Shown piece by piece: positions 1-14,034 of a DNA stretch of 64,000 nucleotides. The number at the start of each line of letters is the position of its first letter. Position 1 is the first letter of the stretch. Source of the DNA: Pristiophorus japonicus. Its lineage: Eukaryota. Below the pieces are notes generated by a model. It saw only the letters and a program-made list of their open reading frames with translations. It searched no databases and was not told the origin of the DNA. Location of the stretch: the NCBI RefSeq assembly GCF_044704955.1, contig NC_091980.1:133362001-133426000 (forward strand). The letters are read 5' to 3'. The translations under genes and the position numbers were made by a program.

Positions 1-3000
1 CTTTACTTGGTCCAAGTTTTTGCGGCATATCTGCCCATTTTTAGTCTGACCACCATGACCCTGTTTCCTTCTTTGCCAATTACAGTGCCCTCAAGCCACT
101 TGGGTCCCAAAGCATGGTTAAGAACAAATACCGGGTCATCTATTTCTTTACACCTCCCCCTTGAGCCTCGATCAGGAGCTCGGTTTGGGACTGGCGCTTG
201 CCCGCAACAATGTCTGCCAGGTCTGGGTGAATGAGGGACAGCCGTGTCTTGAGCGTGCGTTTCATGAGGAGTTCCCTGACGGGACTCCCGTGAGCAAGTG
301 CGGCCGGGACCTGTAGGCCAGCAGGAGGCGCGATAGGCGGTGCTGAAGGGAGGGTCCTTGGATGCGTAGCATGCCCTGCTTTATGACATGGACCGCCTGT
401 TCCGCCTGGCCATTGGAAGCCGGCTTGAACGGTGCTCTCTGGGCATGCTTGATCCCATTGCCCGACATAAAGTCCTGGAATTCATGGCTTGTAAAACACG
501 GGCCATTGTCGCTGACCAGGATGTCCGCCAAGCCGTGGGTCACGAAAACCGTACGCAGACTCTCCACTGTGATGGATGTCGTGCACGAGTTCAATCTGAT
601 GCACTCGATCCACTTCGAGTATGCATCGACAACGATCAGGAACATTTTCCCCATGAACGGGCCCTCATATGCGTGACCATGGCCTGGTGGGCCAGGGCCA
701 TGGGCTGAGTGGAGCCTCCCTGGGGTCATTGCCCAGCTGGGCACACGTCGTGCACCTGCGCACCCAGTGTTCCGGGTCTGAGTCAATCCCCGGCCAACAT
801 ACATGTGACCGGGCAATGGCCTTCTTTAACACGATGCCAGGGTGCTCGCTGTGGAGTTCCCTGATGAACGCTTCCCTTCCTTTCTGGGGCATGACTACCC
901 GGCTGCCCCATAACAGGCAGTCGGCTTGGATGAAGAGTTCGTCCATCCGTCTCTGAAACGGCCTGACTTCCTCGGGGCAGGCCCTGTGTGCAGGCACCCA
1001 ATTCCCAGTCAGGACACATTTCTTTATCATGGATCGGAGGGGGTCCCTGTTGGTCCAGAGTTTGATCTGTCGGGCTGTGATGGGGGAGCCCACAGTGTCA
1101 AAAGCCTCAACGGCCATGACCATCTCTACGCTCTGTTCCGACGCCCCCTCAGTGGTGGCTAGTGGGAGCCTGCTGAGTGCGTCAGAGCAATTTTCGGTGC
1201 CTGGCCGGTGCAGTATTTTGTAGTCATATGCATCCAGCGTGAGGGCCCATCGCTGTATGCGAGCTGACGCGTTAGCGTTGACAGCCTTGCCGTCGGACAA
1301 CGGGGATGTTAGCGCCTTATGGTCCGTCTCTAGCATCTTATTCACACCGTACACACACGCGAGTGCCTCCTTCTCGACCATGCTGTATCCACGCTATGCC
1401 TGGGAGAGCGACCTGGAGGCATAAGCCACCGGTTGGAGTCGGCCGTCATCATTACCCTGCTGCAATACACACCCAACCCTGTAGGATGACGCATCGCATG
1501 TTAAAACCTGTTTTTACAGGGGTCATACAAAGTCAACAGTTTGTTGGAACACAGCAGGTTCCTCGCCTTATTGAAAGCCCGTTCTTGATAATCCCCCCAA
1601 AACCATTCACAACCTTTACGGAGGAGCATGTGTAATGGCTCCAACAATGTGTTTAAGTTCGGCAGAAAGTTCCCAAAATAGTTCAAAAGTCCCAGGAATG
1701 ATCGCAACCCCGACGTGTTGCCGGGCCTGGGCGCCCGGCGAATCGCCTCCGTTTTTGATTCAGTGGGCCGGATCCCATCTGCGGCAACCCTCCTGCCCAG
1801 GAACTCGACCTCTGGGGCCAAAAACACGCATTTGGCCTTTTTCAGCCGCAAGCCTACCCGATCCAATCGGCATAGCACCTCCTCCAGGTTGCGGAGGTGT
1901 TCCTCGGTGTCTCGAACCATTATAATGATGGAATACGACCGTTCCAGAGCTGGACTTGAGCAAGCTTTCCATGTTTCGCTGAAAGATAGCCGCTGCCGAA
2001 TGAATGCCAAATGGATACTTGTTGTAGACAAATAGTCCTTTGTGCGTCGTGATGGTGGTCAGAAGCTTGGAATCTTCCGCCAGTTCCTGAGTCATGTAGG
2101 CCGAACTGAGGTCTAGCTTCGTGAACAGTTTTCCACCTGCCAGCGCGGCAAAGAGGTCCTCCGCTCTCGAGGCGGGTATTGGTCTTGCAGCGACATTCGG
2201 TTGATGGTGGCTTTGTAGTTGCCACAAATCCTAACCGAGCCATCTGCTTTGAGGACGGGAACGATGGGACTTGCCCAGTCGCTGAATTCAACTGCCGAAA
2301 TTATGCCCTCTCTGAGCAGCCTGTCCAGTTCACTTTCAATTTTCTCATGCATCACGTACGGCACCGCTCTGGCTTTGTGGTGCACTGGTCTGGCGTCCGG
2401 AGTGATGTGTATCACTACTTTAGTGCCTTTGAATGTTCCGACACCGGGTTGAAAGAGTGACTCGAATTTTTGCAATACCTTTGAGCATGACCTTCGCTCC
2501 ACGGATGAAATGGCGTGCTCATCCTCCCATTTCCAATTCATCTCAGCTAGCCAACTCCTCCCCAAAAGCGCGGGGCAATTTCCCGGAACAATCCAGAGTG
2601 GCAGCCGGTTCTGTAATCCATTATGCGTTACCACCAAGTTTGCACTGCCCAGCACTGGGATGATCTCTTTGGTGTACGTACATAGCTGCGTATCAATGCG
2701 TTCCAGTTTGGGCATGCTAGCTCTGTGTGGCCATAGTCTCTCAAATTGTTGGGCGCTCATGAGTGACTGGCTAGCTCCGGTATCCAGCTCCATGTGCACC
2801 ACCGGGATGCCATTCAGTAAGACTTTCACCATCATGGGTGGCATTTTAGTGTATGAGCTGTGGACGTCAGCCACATGAACTCTCTGAACTTCAGCATCCA
2901 CAGTTGTTCCCCAGGCCTCATCCTGCATTGCAGACCCCTCATCTGGTTCCTCTGTCTCGCAGATTAGCCTCGTTACTGCTTTTTTGCACATACTGGCCAA

Positions 3001-4191
3001 GTATCCACAGACATTACAAATCCCACAGGTATAAAGCTGGAACCTGCCCTTTTGGCAGTGTATCTACCCCCACCTCTCCAGCATGAGCTGAGATTGCTGC
3101 TAACAAAAGACTATTCCCAGGCATTCCTCTCTGATGGCCCATTTGGCTGTTTCTAAACATTCTGAATGGTCCCATCACGTGCCTCGTGATGGTGTGAATT
3201 GCCGATCCCCTTTCCATTGTCCCTGCTGCGGGCCCATCCTGGAGCTTGTTGCTGCCTGGGCGGTGTTGAATTGCCCTTGCCTGCCTGCGAGGTTCTGTGT
3301 CACTTTTACAACATTAACTCCCTGGTTCATCGCAACATTAAAACGAGGGCTGCATGCGTAAATTAGCTTGGTCTCCTCTTCTCCTGCCATAAAGGTATGA
3401 GCTATCAACGCCGCCCCTTCTAAGGTCAGGTCCATGGTCTTTATAAGCTTCCTGAAAATCCCGGCATGATTAATGCCCTTGATGAAAAAGTCCCTGAACA
3501 TCTCCTCCCTGCAGGCATTGGAGAACTTACAGAGACTGGCCAAACGCCGCAGTTCTGCCACGAAGTCCGAGACGTTTTGACCCTCCCGACATCGGTGAGA
3601 CTAGAACCGGTGCCGGGCCATGTGTACGCTACTTGCCAGCTTGAGATGCTCACTGATCAGCTGGCTGAGCTCTTCGAAGGCCTTGTCCGCTGGCTTTTGG
3701 GGTGCGAGCAGGTCTTTCATCAGCGCATACGTCTGTGGACCAAAGCTGGTCAGTAGATGCGCCCTCCGCTTGTCAGCCGCTGTCTCTTCCAGCCAGTCCT
3801 TTGTGACAAAGCTCTGCTGGAGTCTTTCCACAAAGTCGTCCCAGTCCTTACCCACACAGTAGCATTCCGCTGTGCCACCAATGGCCATCCTCGTGGTTCT
3901 GTGATTCCCGTTTCTCGTCGCCAGATGTACTCTCTGCCCCTTGTTACAAACTCACACGAGGCATGTATATATTAGACACGGTCACTCTGTGACCTTCACT
4001 TTATTCCTAGGACCAAAGAGTGCTGACCCTGGGTGGGACCTCCCATTTTATACCTGGAAACCCAGGTGAGGAGTGTCTCCCGCAAGCTCACGCCCTGTGG
4101 TCAGGGTGTGCATTTCAAGGGTACAGGTACAGTTTGCATGAGTTAAAGTTATAATAACTATTGTCATTGCAAGATGGTGAAATACATGATA
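1..4191 (-). mobile_element. Ty3/Gypsy LTR retrotransposon, degenerate (5' LTR, gag-PR-RT-RH-IN), continuing beyond the window start
   Basis: Frameshifted ORF pieces in Gypsy order: gag 3175-3888, protease (MELDTGAS) 2113-3000, RT 1501-2227, RNase H 665-1500, integrase (VVDAYSKW...SDNGPCF...SNGQAE) 262-816. It is inserted into the LINE that resumes at 4192. Confidence 0.93.
3926..4191 (-). repeat. 5' LTR of the Gypsy element with adjacent PBS-like TGGCGACGAG
   Basis: TGT at 3926; minus-strand AATAAA and TATAAA are present; TGGCGACGAG lies just inside on the minus strand (3914-3923). LINE homology resumes at 4192. Confidence 0.75.
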
Positions 4192-6158
4192 TATTCCACC
4201 ACAATCTGTAACCGCATGGCACGGTATATCCCTCACTCTAGCATTGCCATCAAGCCAAGGAACCAACCCTGGTCAATCAGGAGTGCAGAAGAGAATGCCA
4301 GGAACAGCATCAGGCATACCTAAAAATGATGTGTCAACCTGGGGAAGCTGCAACACAGGACTACATGCATACTAAACAGCGGAAGCAGCATGCTATCTAC
4401 AGAGCAAAACAATCCCACAATCAACGGATCAGATCAAAGGTCTGCAGACCTATCACATCTAGTTATGAATGGTGGTGGACCATTAAACAACTAACGGGAG
4501 GAAGAGGTTCCTTGAACATCCCCATCCTCAATGATGGAGGAGCACAGCTCGTCAGTGCAAAAGACAAGGCTGAAGTGTTTGCAAACACCTCTAGCAAGAA
4601 GTGCCTCATGGATGATCCATCTCAGCCCCTTCCTGGGGCCCCCACCATCACAGAAGCCAGTCTTCAGCTAATTCAATTCACTTCACGTGATATCAAGAAA
4701 CAGCTGAGCGCACTGATACAGCAAAGGCTATGGGACCCGTTCACTTCCCGGCTCTCATGCAGAACACTTGTGCTCCAGAACTGCCCAGGTATGTCCTGTC
4801 CACAAAAAGCAGGACAAATCCAATCCGGACAATTACCACCCCATCAGTCTACTCCCAATCATCAGCAAAGTAATGGAAGGTGTTGCCAACAGTGCTATCA
4901 AGTGGCACTTATTCACCAAGAAACTGCTCACCTGCAGACTGTGGACAGTTTGGGTTCAGCCAGGACCACTTGGCTCCAAACCTCCTTACAGCTTGGTCCA
5001 AACAGGGACAAAAGAGCTGAATTACAGAGGTAAGGTGAGAGTGACGGTCCTTGACATCAAAGCAGCATTTGACCGAGTGTGGCATCAAGGAGCCCTAGTA
5101 CAATTGAAGTCAAAGGGAATCAGGGGTGAAACTCTCCACTAGCTGGAGTCATACCGAGCACAAGAAGATAGTTGTGCTTGTTGGGAGTCAATCATCTCTG
5201 TCCCAGGAGTTCCTCAGTGCAGTGTCCTAGGCCCAACCATCTTCAGTTGCTTCATCAATGATATTCCCTGCATCATAAGGTCATAAGTGGGGATGTTCGC
5301 TGATGATTGCAGTGTGCAGTTCGATTTGCAACTCCTCAGAAAATGAAGCAGTCTATGCCCACATGCAGCAAGACCTGGAGACATTTGTGCCACACAAATG
5401 CCAGGCAATGACTATCTCCAACAAGGGAGTGTCTAATCACCTGCCCTTGACATTCAACAGCATTACCATCACTAATTCCCCCACCATCAACACCTGGGGG
5501 TCACCATTAACCAGAACCTTAACTGGACCAGCTGCATAAATGCAGTGGTAACAAAATTGGGGGAGAAGCTGGGTATTCTGCGGCTTGTGTCTCACCTCCT
5601 GACTCCCCACAGCCTTTCCACCGTCTACAAGACACAAGTCAGGACTGTGATGGAATACTCTCCACTTGCCTGGATCAGTGCAGCTCCAACAACCCTCGAG
5701 AAAGTTGACACCATCAAGGACAAAGCAGCCCGCTTGATGGGCACCCCATCCACCACCTTCAACATTCAGTGCCTCCACTACCGGCGTACCATGGCTGCAA
5801 TGTGTAACATCTCGAAGATGCACTGCAACAACTCGTCAAGGTTCTTCAGCAACACCTGCCAACCCGCGAGCTCTACCAACCAGAAGGACACGGGCAGCAT
5901 GAGCATTGGAACAACATCACCTGCAAGTTCCGCTCCAAGTTACACAGCATCCTGACTTGGAAATATATCGCCATTCCTTCATCATCGCTGGGACAAAACC
6001 ATGGAACTCCATCCCTAATAGCACTGTGGGAGTAGCTTCACCACAAGGACTGCAGCAGTTCAAGAAGGTGTCTCACCACAACATTCTCAAGGGCAATTAA
6101 TGATGGGCAATAAATGCTGGCCTTGCCAGTGGTGCCCACATTCCGCAACAAATAAAAA
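4192..6158 (+). mobile_element. CR1/L2-group LINE, ORF2 (RT) 3' part, degenerate
   Basis: NYHPISLLPIISKVMEG, LDIKAAFDRVWH and MEYSPLAW motifs, with a 3' tail ending in AATAAAAA. Same insertion as 30085-39915. Confidence 0.88.
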
Positions 6159-6758
6159 CGACATTAACATGGAAAGACTAAAGGAGACAATTTAATTGCA
6201 CCCAGTGCAGTTCTCAGCAAAGTTCTTAATTAACTTGTAAACACTGGATTATTGCAGCTCCAGCAGCAACAACATTTGAATCCATTCATGAACGAGAAGG
6301 GGACAAATGGAGATCCAGTAGGATTTGGAAAGGATGATTGCTATTTGTATGAAATGTACAATGGAACAAAATACACATGGATATATTTATGAAGGAGCTG
6401 CTGGTATGGGTTATAAATTGATGGAAAAGGCATGCAAGGTGTAGTTGGGGAGGGGAAGAGTTTCAGGAGAGAAGTATCTATTTAACTTGGGAGTTTTCCT
6501 TTATGCATTTAAGGAAATACATTTACTCAATCCAGGAGGATTATACATTGTTGGAGTACAGTCCCACATGTATTGTTTGCCCAATTCCTTATTCATGTGG
6601 GAGACTAGTCAGTGAGTGTTGGCAAGTTAGTCAACCATGAGATGAGGTGGGAGGGGTCACAGAAACAAGCCCAATACGGTATCCTATGTGTGGTATGATA
6701 GAATAGTGGTTATGTTACTGGATAATCCAGAGGCCTGGACTAATGATCCAGAGACAAA

Positions 6759-8539
6759 GGGCCCAAGTTTCGGGCTGCGCCGTTTCCTGGACGCCCGTTT
6801 TTCGCGCCAGAAAGTGCGCCTAAAAAAACTTACCTATTCTCCGGCTCCCTGCAGGTCCTCTGGAGCCGGGCATGGCGCAGCACGAACTGTGGGGGCGGAG
6901 CCAGGTCCCTGCGCTGAAAACAGTGCCGGGACCTCTGCACATGCGTGCTACAGTGGGCGCGCATGTGCAGTAGCTGCAGGCGCCCAAAACTGTGGGAGGA
7001 GCCCGAAGCACGCAGCCCCTAGCCCTGGCTGAATGGCCTCACTGGGGCTGCGTGAATAAGGCTCCTCCCACCCGACCGGACCCAACCCGACCCTCGCTCG
7101 CCGCCCCCCCCTCTGGCGAACCGACCTCCGCACCCCCCCCCCCCCACCCCCCGGACCTCCGTGACTCTCCACCCCGGCCCCCGGATCTCCGCGACTCTCT
7201 CTCTCCCCCCCCCGACCTCCGCGACTCTCCCCTCCCCAGACCCCCGCGACTCACCCCCCCCCCCGCACCTCCGCGACTCCCCCCCCCACCCCCAGACCTC
7301 CGCGACCCCCCCCGAGACCCGACGCCAGCTACCTGTAAATCCAGGCGGAAGTCTTGGGCCTGGCCATTCAGCCTCCTTCTCTCCCNNNNNNNNNNNNNNN
7401 NNNNNNNNNNNNNNNNNNNNNNNNNNNNNNNNNNNNNNNNNNNNNNNNNNNNNNNNNNNNNNNNNNNNNNNNNNNNNNNNNNNNNNNNNNNNNNNNNNNN
7501 NNNNNNNNNNNNNNNNNNNNNNNNNNNNNNNNNNNNNNNNNNNNNNNNNNNNNNNNNNNNNNNNNNNNNNNNNNNNNNNNNNNNNNNNNNNNNNNNNNNN
7601 NNNNNATCCTCTCTCCTTCCCTCCCTGCATCCTCTCCCCTTCCCTCCCTCCATCCTCTCTCCTTCCATCCCTCCATCCTCTCTCCCTTCTCCCGCGCTCC
7701 CCCCTTCTCCCCCTCCCTCCCCTTCTCCTCACCCCTCCTGTCCTCCTCCTCCCCCTCCTCCTCCCCCACCCCCCCTCCTCCTCCCCCCCTTCCTCCCCCA
7801 CCCCACCCACCTCTACCGCCACCCCCCACCCCACCCCGCTCTACCTCCCTTCTCCTTCCTCTCCCTCTCACCCCACCCCCCTTCTCCCTCTCCCCCTCCC
7901 ACCCCCTTCTCCCCCTCCCCTCGCTGTGAGAAACACAGACACTGACAGACAGAGAGTGAGGGACACACACACAGAGAGACAGAGAGATAGAGACACTGAC
8001 AGAGACACACTGTGGGGGCCGTCCCAGCACGCTGTTGGAGGAGTCCCGGTGCTGCAGTCGGTAAGTAGAAAATGTTTTATTTATTGATTTTTTAAATTTT
8101 TTTTATTTTTTATTAATTTTTTTTGATTGATTTATTGGTTGATTTATTGATGTATTTATCATTTATTATTGATGATGACTCTTTATTTGTAAAACTGAAG
8201 TGTTTAATGTTTGTAAACTTCCCTTTAAACCCCCCCCCCCATTCCCTACGCCTGATTTGTAACCTACGCCTGATTTTCTAAAGTGTCGACAAGGTTTTTT
8301 CGAACGTACAAAAATCTTCACTTACTCCATTCTAAGTTAGTTTGGAGTAAGTTTTCACTGCCTAAACTTTGAAAACAGGCATAAGTGGCTGGACACGCCC
8401 TCTTTTGAAAATAAAATTCTGTTCCAAAGTGAAACTATTCTAACTGACTAGAACTGGAGCAAACTAAATGCTGAGAATTCAAATTTCTAAACCAGTTGCT
8501 CCAAAAAAACAGGAGCAACTCAGGCTGAAACTTGGCCCC
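6759..8539. mobile_element. Non-autonomous PIF/Harbinger-like DNA element, copy A
   Basis: TIRs GGGCCCAAGTTTC...GAAACTTGGCCCC, 3-bp TSD AAA (6756-6758 / 8540-8542), no transposase. An inverted second copy lies at 19369-21545. Confidence 0.8.
7386..7605. other. Assembly gap (220 N) inside a C-rich low-complexity tract
   Basis: Run of N. Confidence 0.99.
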
Positions 8540-8656
8540 AAAATCCCAGCACAGCAGCTGGGGAATTTAAATTCAGTTAATCAATTAAATACATCTGGTA
8601 TAAAAAGCTAGGCCTGGTGATCATCTGAATCACTAATCTCCTTTAGGAAAAGTAAT

Positions 8657-8958
8657 AAGAACATAAGAAATAGGAGCAGAAGTAGGCCATACGGCCCCTC
8701 GTGCCTGCTCTGCCATTTAATATGATCGTGGCTGATCCGATCATGGACTCAGGTCTACTTCCCTACCCACTCCCCATAACCCCTTATTCCCTTATCGGTT
8801 AAGAAACTGCCTATCTCTGTCTTAAATTTATTCAATGACCCAGCTTCCACAGCTCTCTGAGGCAGCAAATTCCATAGATTTACAACCCTCAGAGAGAAGA
8901 AATTCCTCCTCATCTCAGTTTTAAATGGGCAGCCCCTTATTCTAAGATTATATCCCCT
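8657..8958 (-). mobile_element. CR1 LINE 3' fragment
   Basis: Minus-strand EMRRNFFSLRVVNLWNLLP motif and CR1 3' UTR with (CATAAGAA)-type tail. Confidence 0.85.
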
Positions 8959-9135
8959 TACCCGGCAGTAATCTGCCGTTCTTACCCGGTCTGGCCTATA
9001 TTTGACTCCAGACTCACAGCAATGTAATTCGCTCTTAACTGCCCTCTGAAAAGGCCCAGCAAACCACTCAGTTGTACAAGGCTGCTTACCAACACCTTCA
9101 AGGGCAATTAGGGATGGGCAATAAATGCTGGTCTT

Positions 9136-10849
9136 GAGCTCAGACATTACTCGGGAGCAGCAAAGCAACATTACAGATGGCTCAAGGCTGAGGTCCAACA
9201 AAAAACCCGGGACTTAAAGAACAGGTGGTGGATGGAGAAAGCACAGGAGATCTAACAACTGGCCAACAGCCACGATATGCGAGGATTCTTCATCGCAGTC
9301 AAGGCCACCTACGGTCCAAACTCCCAAGGCCCCACCCCATTGCTGGCCAAGAATGAGGAAACACTCATCAAGGACACCGAGGCAGTCAGGGCTCGCTGGA
9401 AGGAGCACTTCGAAGATCTCCTCAATTGAGACTCTGCCTTTGACTCGAGTGTTCTCGACTCCATCCTGCAGAATGTGACCCGCCACTACCTCAGTGAAAC
9501 CCCAACGTTGCACGAGGTAGGAAAAGCCATAAAACAGCTCAAGAACTACAAGACTGCAGCAGCGGATGGAATTCCTGCTAAGGCGCTAGAGTATGGCGGA
9601 GCGACGACACTGTTGGCGCAAATTCATGACTTCATCTCTCTCATCTGGAGGGAGGAGAGCATGCCGGGAGATCTCAGAGATGCAGTGATCGTGACCATCT
9701 TTAAAAAAGGGGACAAGTCCGACTGTGGCAACTACAGAGGAATCTCCCTGCTATCAGCCACTGGGAAAGTCGTTGCTAGAGTCCTCCTCAATCGTCTTCT
9801 CCCCATGGCCAAGGAGCTCCTCCCAGAGTCACAGTGCAGATTCCGTCTCCTATGGGGCACAATGGACATGATCTTTGCAGCACGACAACTGCAGGAAAAT
9901 GCCAGCCCTTATAGATGCCATTTTTCGATCTTACAAAGGCCTTTGACACTGTCAACCACGAGGGTCTATAGAGTGTCCTCCTCCGTTTTGGATGCCTCCA
10001 AAAGTTTGTCAAGATCCTTCGTCTGCTCCACGACGACATGCAGACCGTGATCCTTACCAATGGATCCATTACAGACCCAATCCACGTCTGGACCGGGGTC
10101 AAGCAAGACTGCGTCATCGCTCCAACGCTTTTTTCAATCTTCCTCGCTGCCATGCTCCACCTCACTGTCAACAAGCTCCCCGCTGGAGTGGAACTAAACT
10201 ACAGAACCAGTGGGAAGCTGTTTAACCTATGCCGCCTCCAGACCAGGTCCAAGATCACCCCAACCTCTGTCGTTGAGTTACAGTATGCGGACGATGTCTG
10301 CGTCTGTGCATGTTCTGAGGCTGAACTCCAGGATATAATCGATTTACTGAAAACATGAAAACATGGGCCTTACGCTAAACATCCATAAGACAAAGTTCCT
10401 CCATCAGCCTGTCCTCGCAGCACAGCACTGCCCCACAGTCATCAAGATCAAGAGGCTCTCGAAAACGTGGACCATATCTCGGGAGCCTCGTGTCAACAAA
10501 AGCAGACATTGATGCGTAGATTCAACATTACCTCCAGTGCGCCAGTGTAGCCTTCGACCACCTGAGGAAAAGAGTGTTCGAAGACCAGGCCCTCAAATCT
10601 ACCACCAATCTCATGGTCTACAGGGTTGTAGTAATACCCACCCCTCCTGTATGGATTAGAGACATGAACAATGTACAGAAGACACCTCAAGTCGCTGGAG
10701 TTATATCACCAACGATGTCGCCGCAAGATCCTGCAAATCCCCTGGGAGGACAGGCGCACCAAGATCAGTGTCCTCATCCAGGCTAGCATCCCCAGCATTG
10801 AAGCGCTGACTACACTCGATCAGCTTCGTTGGGCAGGCCACATAGTTCA
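9136..10849 (+). mobile_element. RTE-clade LINE ORF2, degenerate; orphan 3' tail at about 13905-13930
   Basis: GNYRGISLLSATGK, ELLPESQC, GVKQDCVIAPTLF, YADD and QLRWAGHIV motifs. Interrupted by the Gypsy LTR at 10850. Tail GGGACTGCCTATGATGACGATG. Confidence 0.9.
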
Positions 10850-13800
10850 TGTTAAGTATGGAAGAACTCCACCAGACTGAGTACTGTGAGCTAAAACTGA
10901 TGTGACCTTAGTCTCTTTAATACAACTCCAGAATGCCTAAGCAGCATGGCACACAACCTTTTATACTCCCTTGCACGAGGTGTGCAGGTGACCCTTGGGC
11001 CTCCAACAGTTGCGCCCTCTGGTGGCAAGTCTTTCACAGTTACAATGTTTACATACATAACATCACTCCCCCCGCCCCCCCCTCCCAAAGTCTTTGATAC
11101 AATTTATTTACAGGGTCCTATGCTCCCTGGTTGATCGTCTGAGTTTAAACTCTAGCATAGGTGAGTTGGTCGGACAATTGCTGCACTGCAGTGCAGCTGG
11201 TGTGACAGGACTGATGGGAATGGTGGGTTCATCCTCTTGATTGACAGCGAAGTCGATTGCTGGTTGGGTGTGTATTGGTGGATCGATGATAGTGATGTCC
11301 TCTTCAGGTTGTTCCTGGTTGTCGGTGAACCGTAGTTTGGTCTGATCCAAATGCTTTCTGCACATTAGTTCATTCAATAGTTTGACTATAAACACTCTAT
11401 TCCCCTTCTTAGCCAAGACAGTGCCAGCGACCCATTTAGGACCATGACCATAATTAAGGACAAACACAGGGTCATTAACAGCAATGTCACGCAATACAAC
11501 CGCGCGATTGTTTTGCCAGTGACGCCGGGTTTCCACATGATCATTTGGATCCGGGTGGACTAGGGAGAGCCTGGTTTTGAGTGCTCTCTTCATTAACAAT
11601 TCTGCAGGGGGAACTCCAGTGAGCGAGTGGGGTCGCGTCCAGTAGCTGAGCAGAACTCGAGATAAGCGGATCTGCAAGGAGCCTTCCGTCACATGTTTCA
11701 AGCTCTGCTTGATAGTTTGGACTGCCCATTCCGCTTGACCGTTGGATGCGGGCTTAAACAGGGCAGACCTGACATCATGATGCCATTGCGGCTCATAAAC
11801 TCGTTGAATTCTGAGCTGGTGAAATACGGTCCATTGACACTGACAAGGACGTTGGGAAAACCATGGGTAGCGAACATAGCCCGGAGACTTCAATGGCGGC
11901 AGTGGATATACATGATTACTCATCATTACTGGATGACATGATTACTCATTCAATCATTTTAGAGTAAGCGTCCACTACAACTAAAAGCATCTTTCTCAGA
12001 AAGGGGCCAGCAAAATCTACGTGGATCCTGGACCACAGTTTGGAGGGCCATGACCACAGACTCAATGGAGCCTCCCTTGGTGCATTGCTCAATTGTGAGC
12101 ATGTGTTGCACTGGTGTACGCATGACTCTAAGTCCGAGTCAATGCTGGGCCACCAAACACTCTACCTGGCTATAGCCTTCATGATGACTATTCCTGGGTG
12201 GGTATTGTGTAGGTCGCTTATAAACGTTTCCCTGCCTTTTTTTGGCAAAACTACACAATTACCCCATAAGAGACAATCTGACTGGATGGACATTTCATTT
12301 TTGCGTTAGTGAAATGGCTTAATTTCATTTTGCATTTCCCCAGGAATGGCCGACCAGCTCCCATGAGGACGCAACTTTTTACAAGTGATAGCACAGGATC
12401 CTGGCTGGTCCAGGTCCTGTTCTGGCGAGCAGTGACGGGCGACCCCTCGCTCTCAAAAGCATCCATGACCAGAAGCAAGTCTGCAGGCTGCGCCATTTCC
12501 ATCCCGGTAGTGGGTAATGGTTGCCGACTGAGGACATCAGCACAGTTCTCCGTGCCTGGTCTGTGGTGGATAATATAGTCATAGGTGGACAATGTTAGTG
12601 CCCATCTTTGGATGCGGGACGAAGCATTGGTGTTTATACCTTTGCTTTCTGAAAACAGTGAAATGAGCGGTTTGTGGTCGGTTTCAAGCTCAAACTGAAG
12701 TCCAAATAGGTATTGGTGAATTTTCTTAATCTCGTATACACATACTAACACCTCTTTCTCGACCATACTGTAGGCTCTTTCAGCCTTACACAGAGTTCTA
12801 GACGCGTATGCAACCGGTTGAAGTTTGCCCGATACATTAGTTTGCTGTAACACACAGCCGACCCCGTACGAAGATGCATCAAAAGCTAGCACTAATCGTT
12901 TACACGGGTCATACAGTACAAGCAACTTATTAAAACAAAGTAGGTTTCTGACCTTCTCAAAGGCTGTCTCTTGAGATTCACCCCAAACCCAGTCGTCACC
13001 TTTACGTAGCAACATGTGCAACAGTTCCAGAAAATGCTTAACCCGGGTAGAAAGTTACCAAAATAGTTGAGGAATCCCAGGAAAGAACGCAGCTCCATCA
13101 CATTCTGTAGTCTGGATGCATTCATGATCGCCTCTGTCTTTGAGTCCGTGGGTCTGATGACGTCTACCGCAATCTTTCTCCCCAATAATTCGACCTCTGG
13201 CGCCAGGAAAACACACTTGGAGCATTTCAGCCTGAGTCCCACTCTGTCTAGTCGACGTAGAACCTCTTCCAGGTTGTGGAGGTGTCCGGTGGTGTCACGA
13301 CCGGTGATCAGGATGTCGTCTTGAAACACAACGGTGCACGGAACAGATTTCAGCAAACTCTCTATGTTCCTCTGGAAGATGGAAGCAGACGAGCAAATCC
13401 CAAAAGGGCACCTGTGGTATATAAACAGTTCTTTGTGCGTGTTGATGCACGTCAATCTTTTCGCAGATTCAGCCAGCTCCTGTGTCACGTAGGCGGAGGT
13501 TAGGTCCAACTTGGTGAACGACTTCCCCCCCGTAACGTTGCAAACAGGTCATCCGCCTTGCATAGCAGGTACTGGTCTTGTAACGAGACTCGGTTGATCG
13601 TTACCTGGTAGCCTCTGCAGATTCTGACCGTGCCATCGCTTTTCAACACTGGAACAATCGGACTGGCTCACTCGTTGAACTCGGCTGATGATATGATTCC
13701 CTCTCATTGAAGTCTGTCCAGTTCGATCTCGACTTTCTCCCTCATCATATATGGAACCGCTCGAGCCTTGTGATGAACAGGCCTTACATCGGGGACTAGA

Positions 13801-13900
13801 TGGATCTGCACCTTGGCGCCTGTGAAGTTGCCGATACCTGGTTCGAATAGCGACGGAAACTTGCTCAGCACTTGGGTGCATGAGGCATCATCCACTGAAG
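10850..13900 (-). mobile_element. Second Gypsy LTR retrotransposon, 5'-truncated (RT-RH-IN, PPT, 3' LTR 10850-11062)
   Basis: RT with FQDD (12892-13509), RNase H (DASSYGVG, ETDHKPL), integrase with GPY/F-like C-terminus. TGTT...AACA LTR preceded on the minus strand by a polypurine tract (11063-11087). Confidence 0.92.
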
Positions 13901-14034
13901 ATAGTGGGACTGCCTATGATGACGATGAGGGTATAGCAGTTAATTGCCCTTTGCTCACTCAGCTCAACAGGAAGTCTATAGCAGCAGTGGTGCGTTTAGT
14001 TTACTGAGCTACCCACAGTAATAACTCTGAATGC

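Larger units (their letters stand above)
6690..9135 (+). mobile_element. SINE-like element sharing the LINE 3' tail, split by later insertions
   Basis: Pieces at about 6690-6758, 8543-8655 and 8960-9135. The last ends in GGGCAATTAGGGATGGGCAATAAATGCTGG, like the LINE tail near 6090-6125. Confidence 0.55.

Noticed and set aside
6992-8087. Long Pro-rich and Gly/Arg-rich ORFs on both strands
   Set aside because: They arise from low-complexity C/G tracts and an N gap inside a non-coding DNA element.
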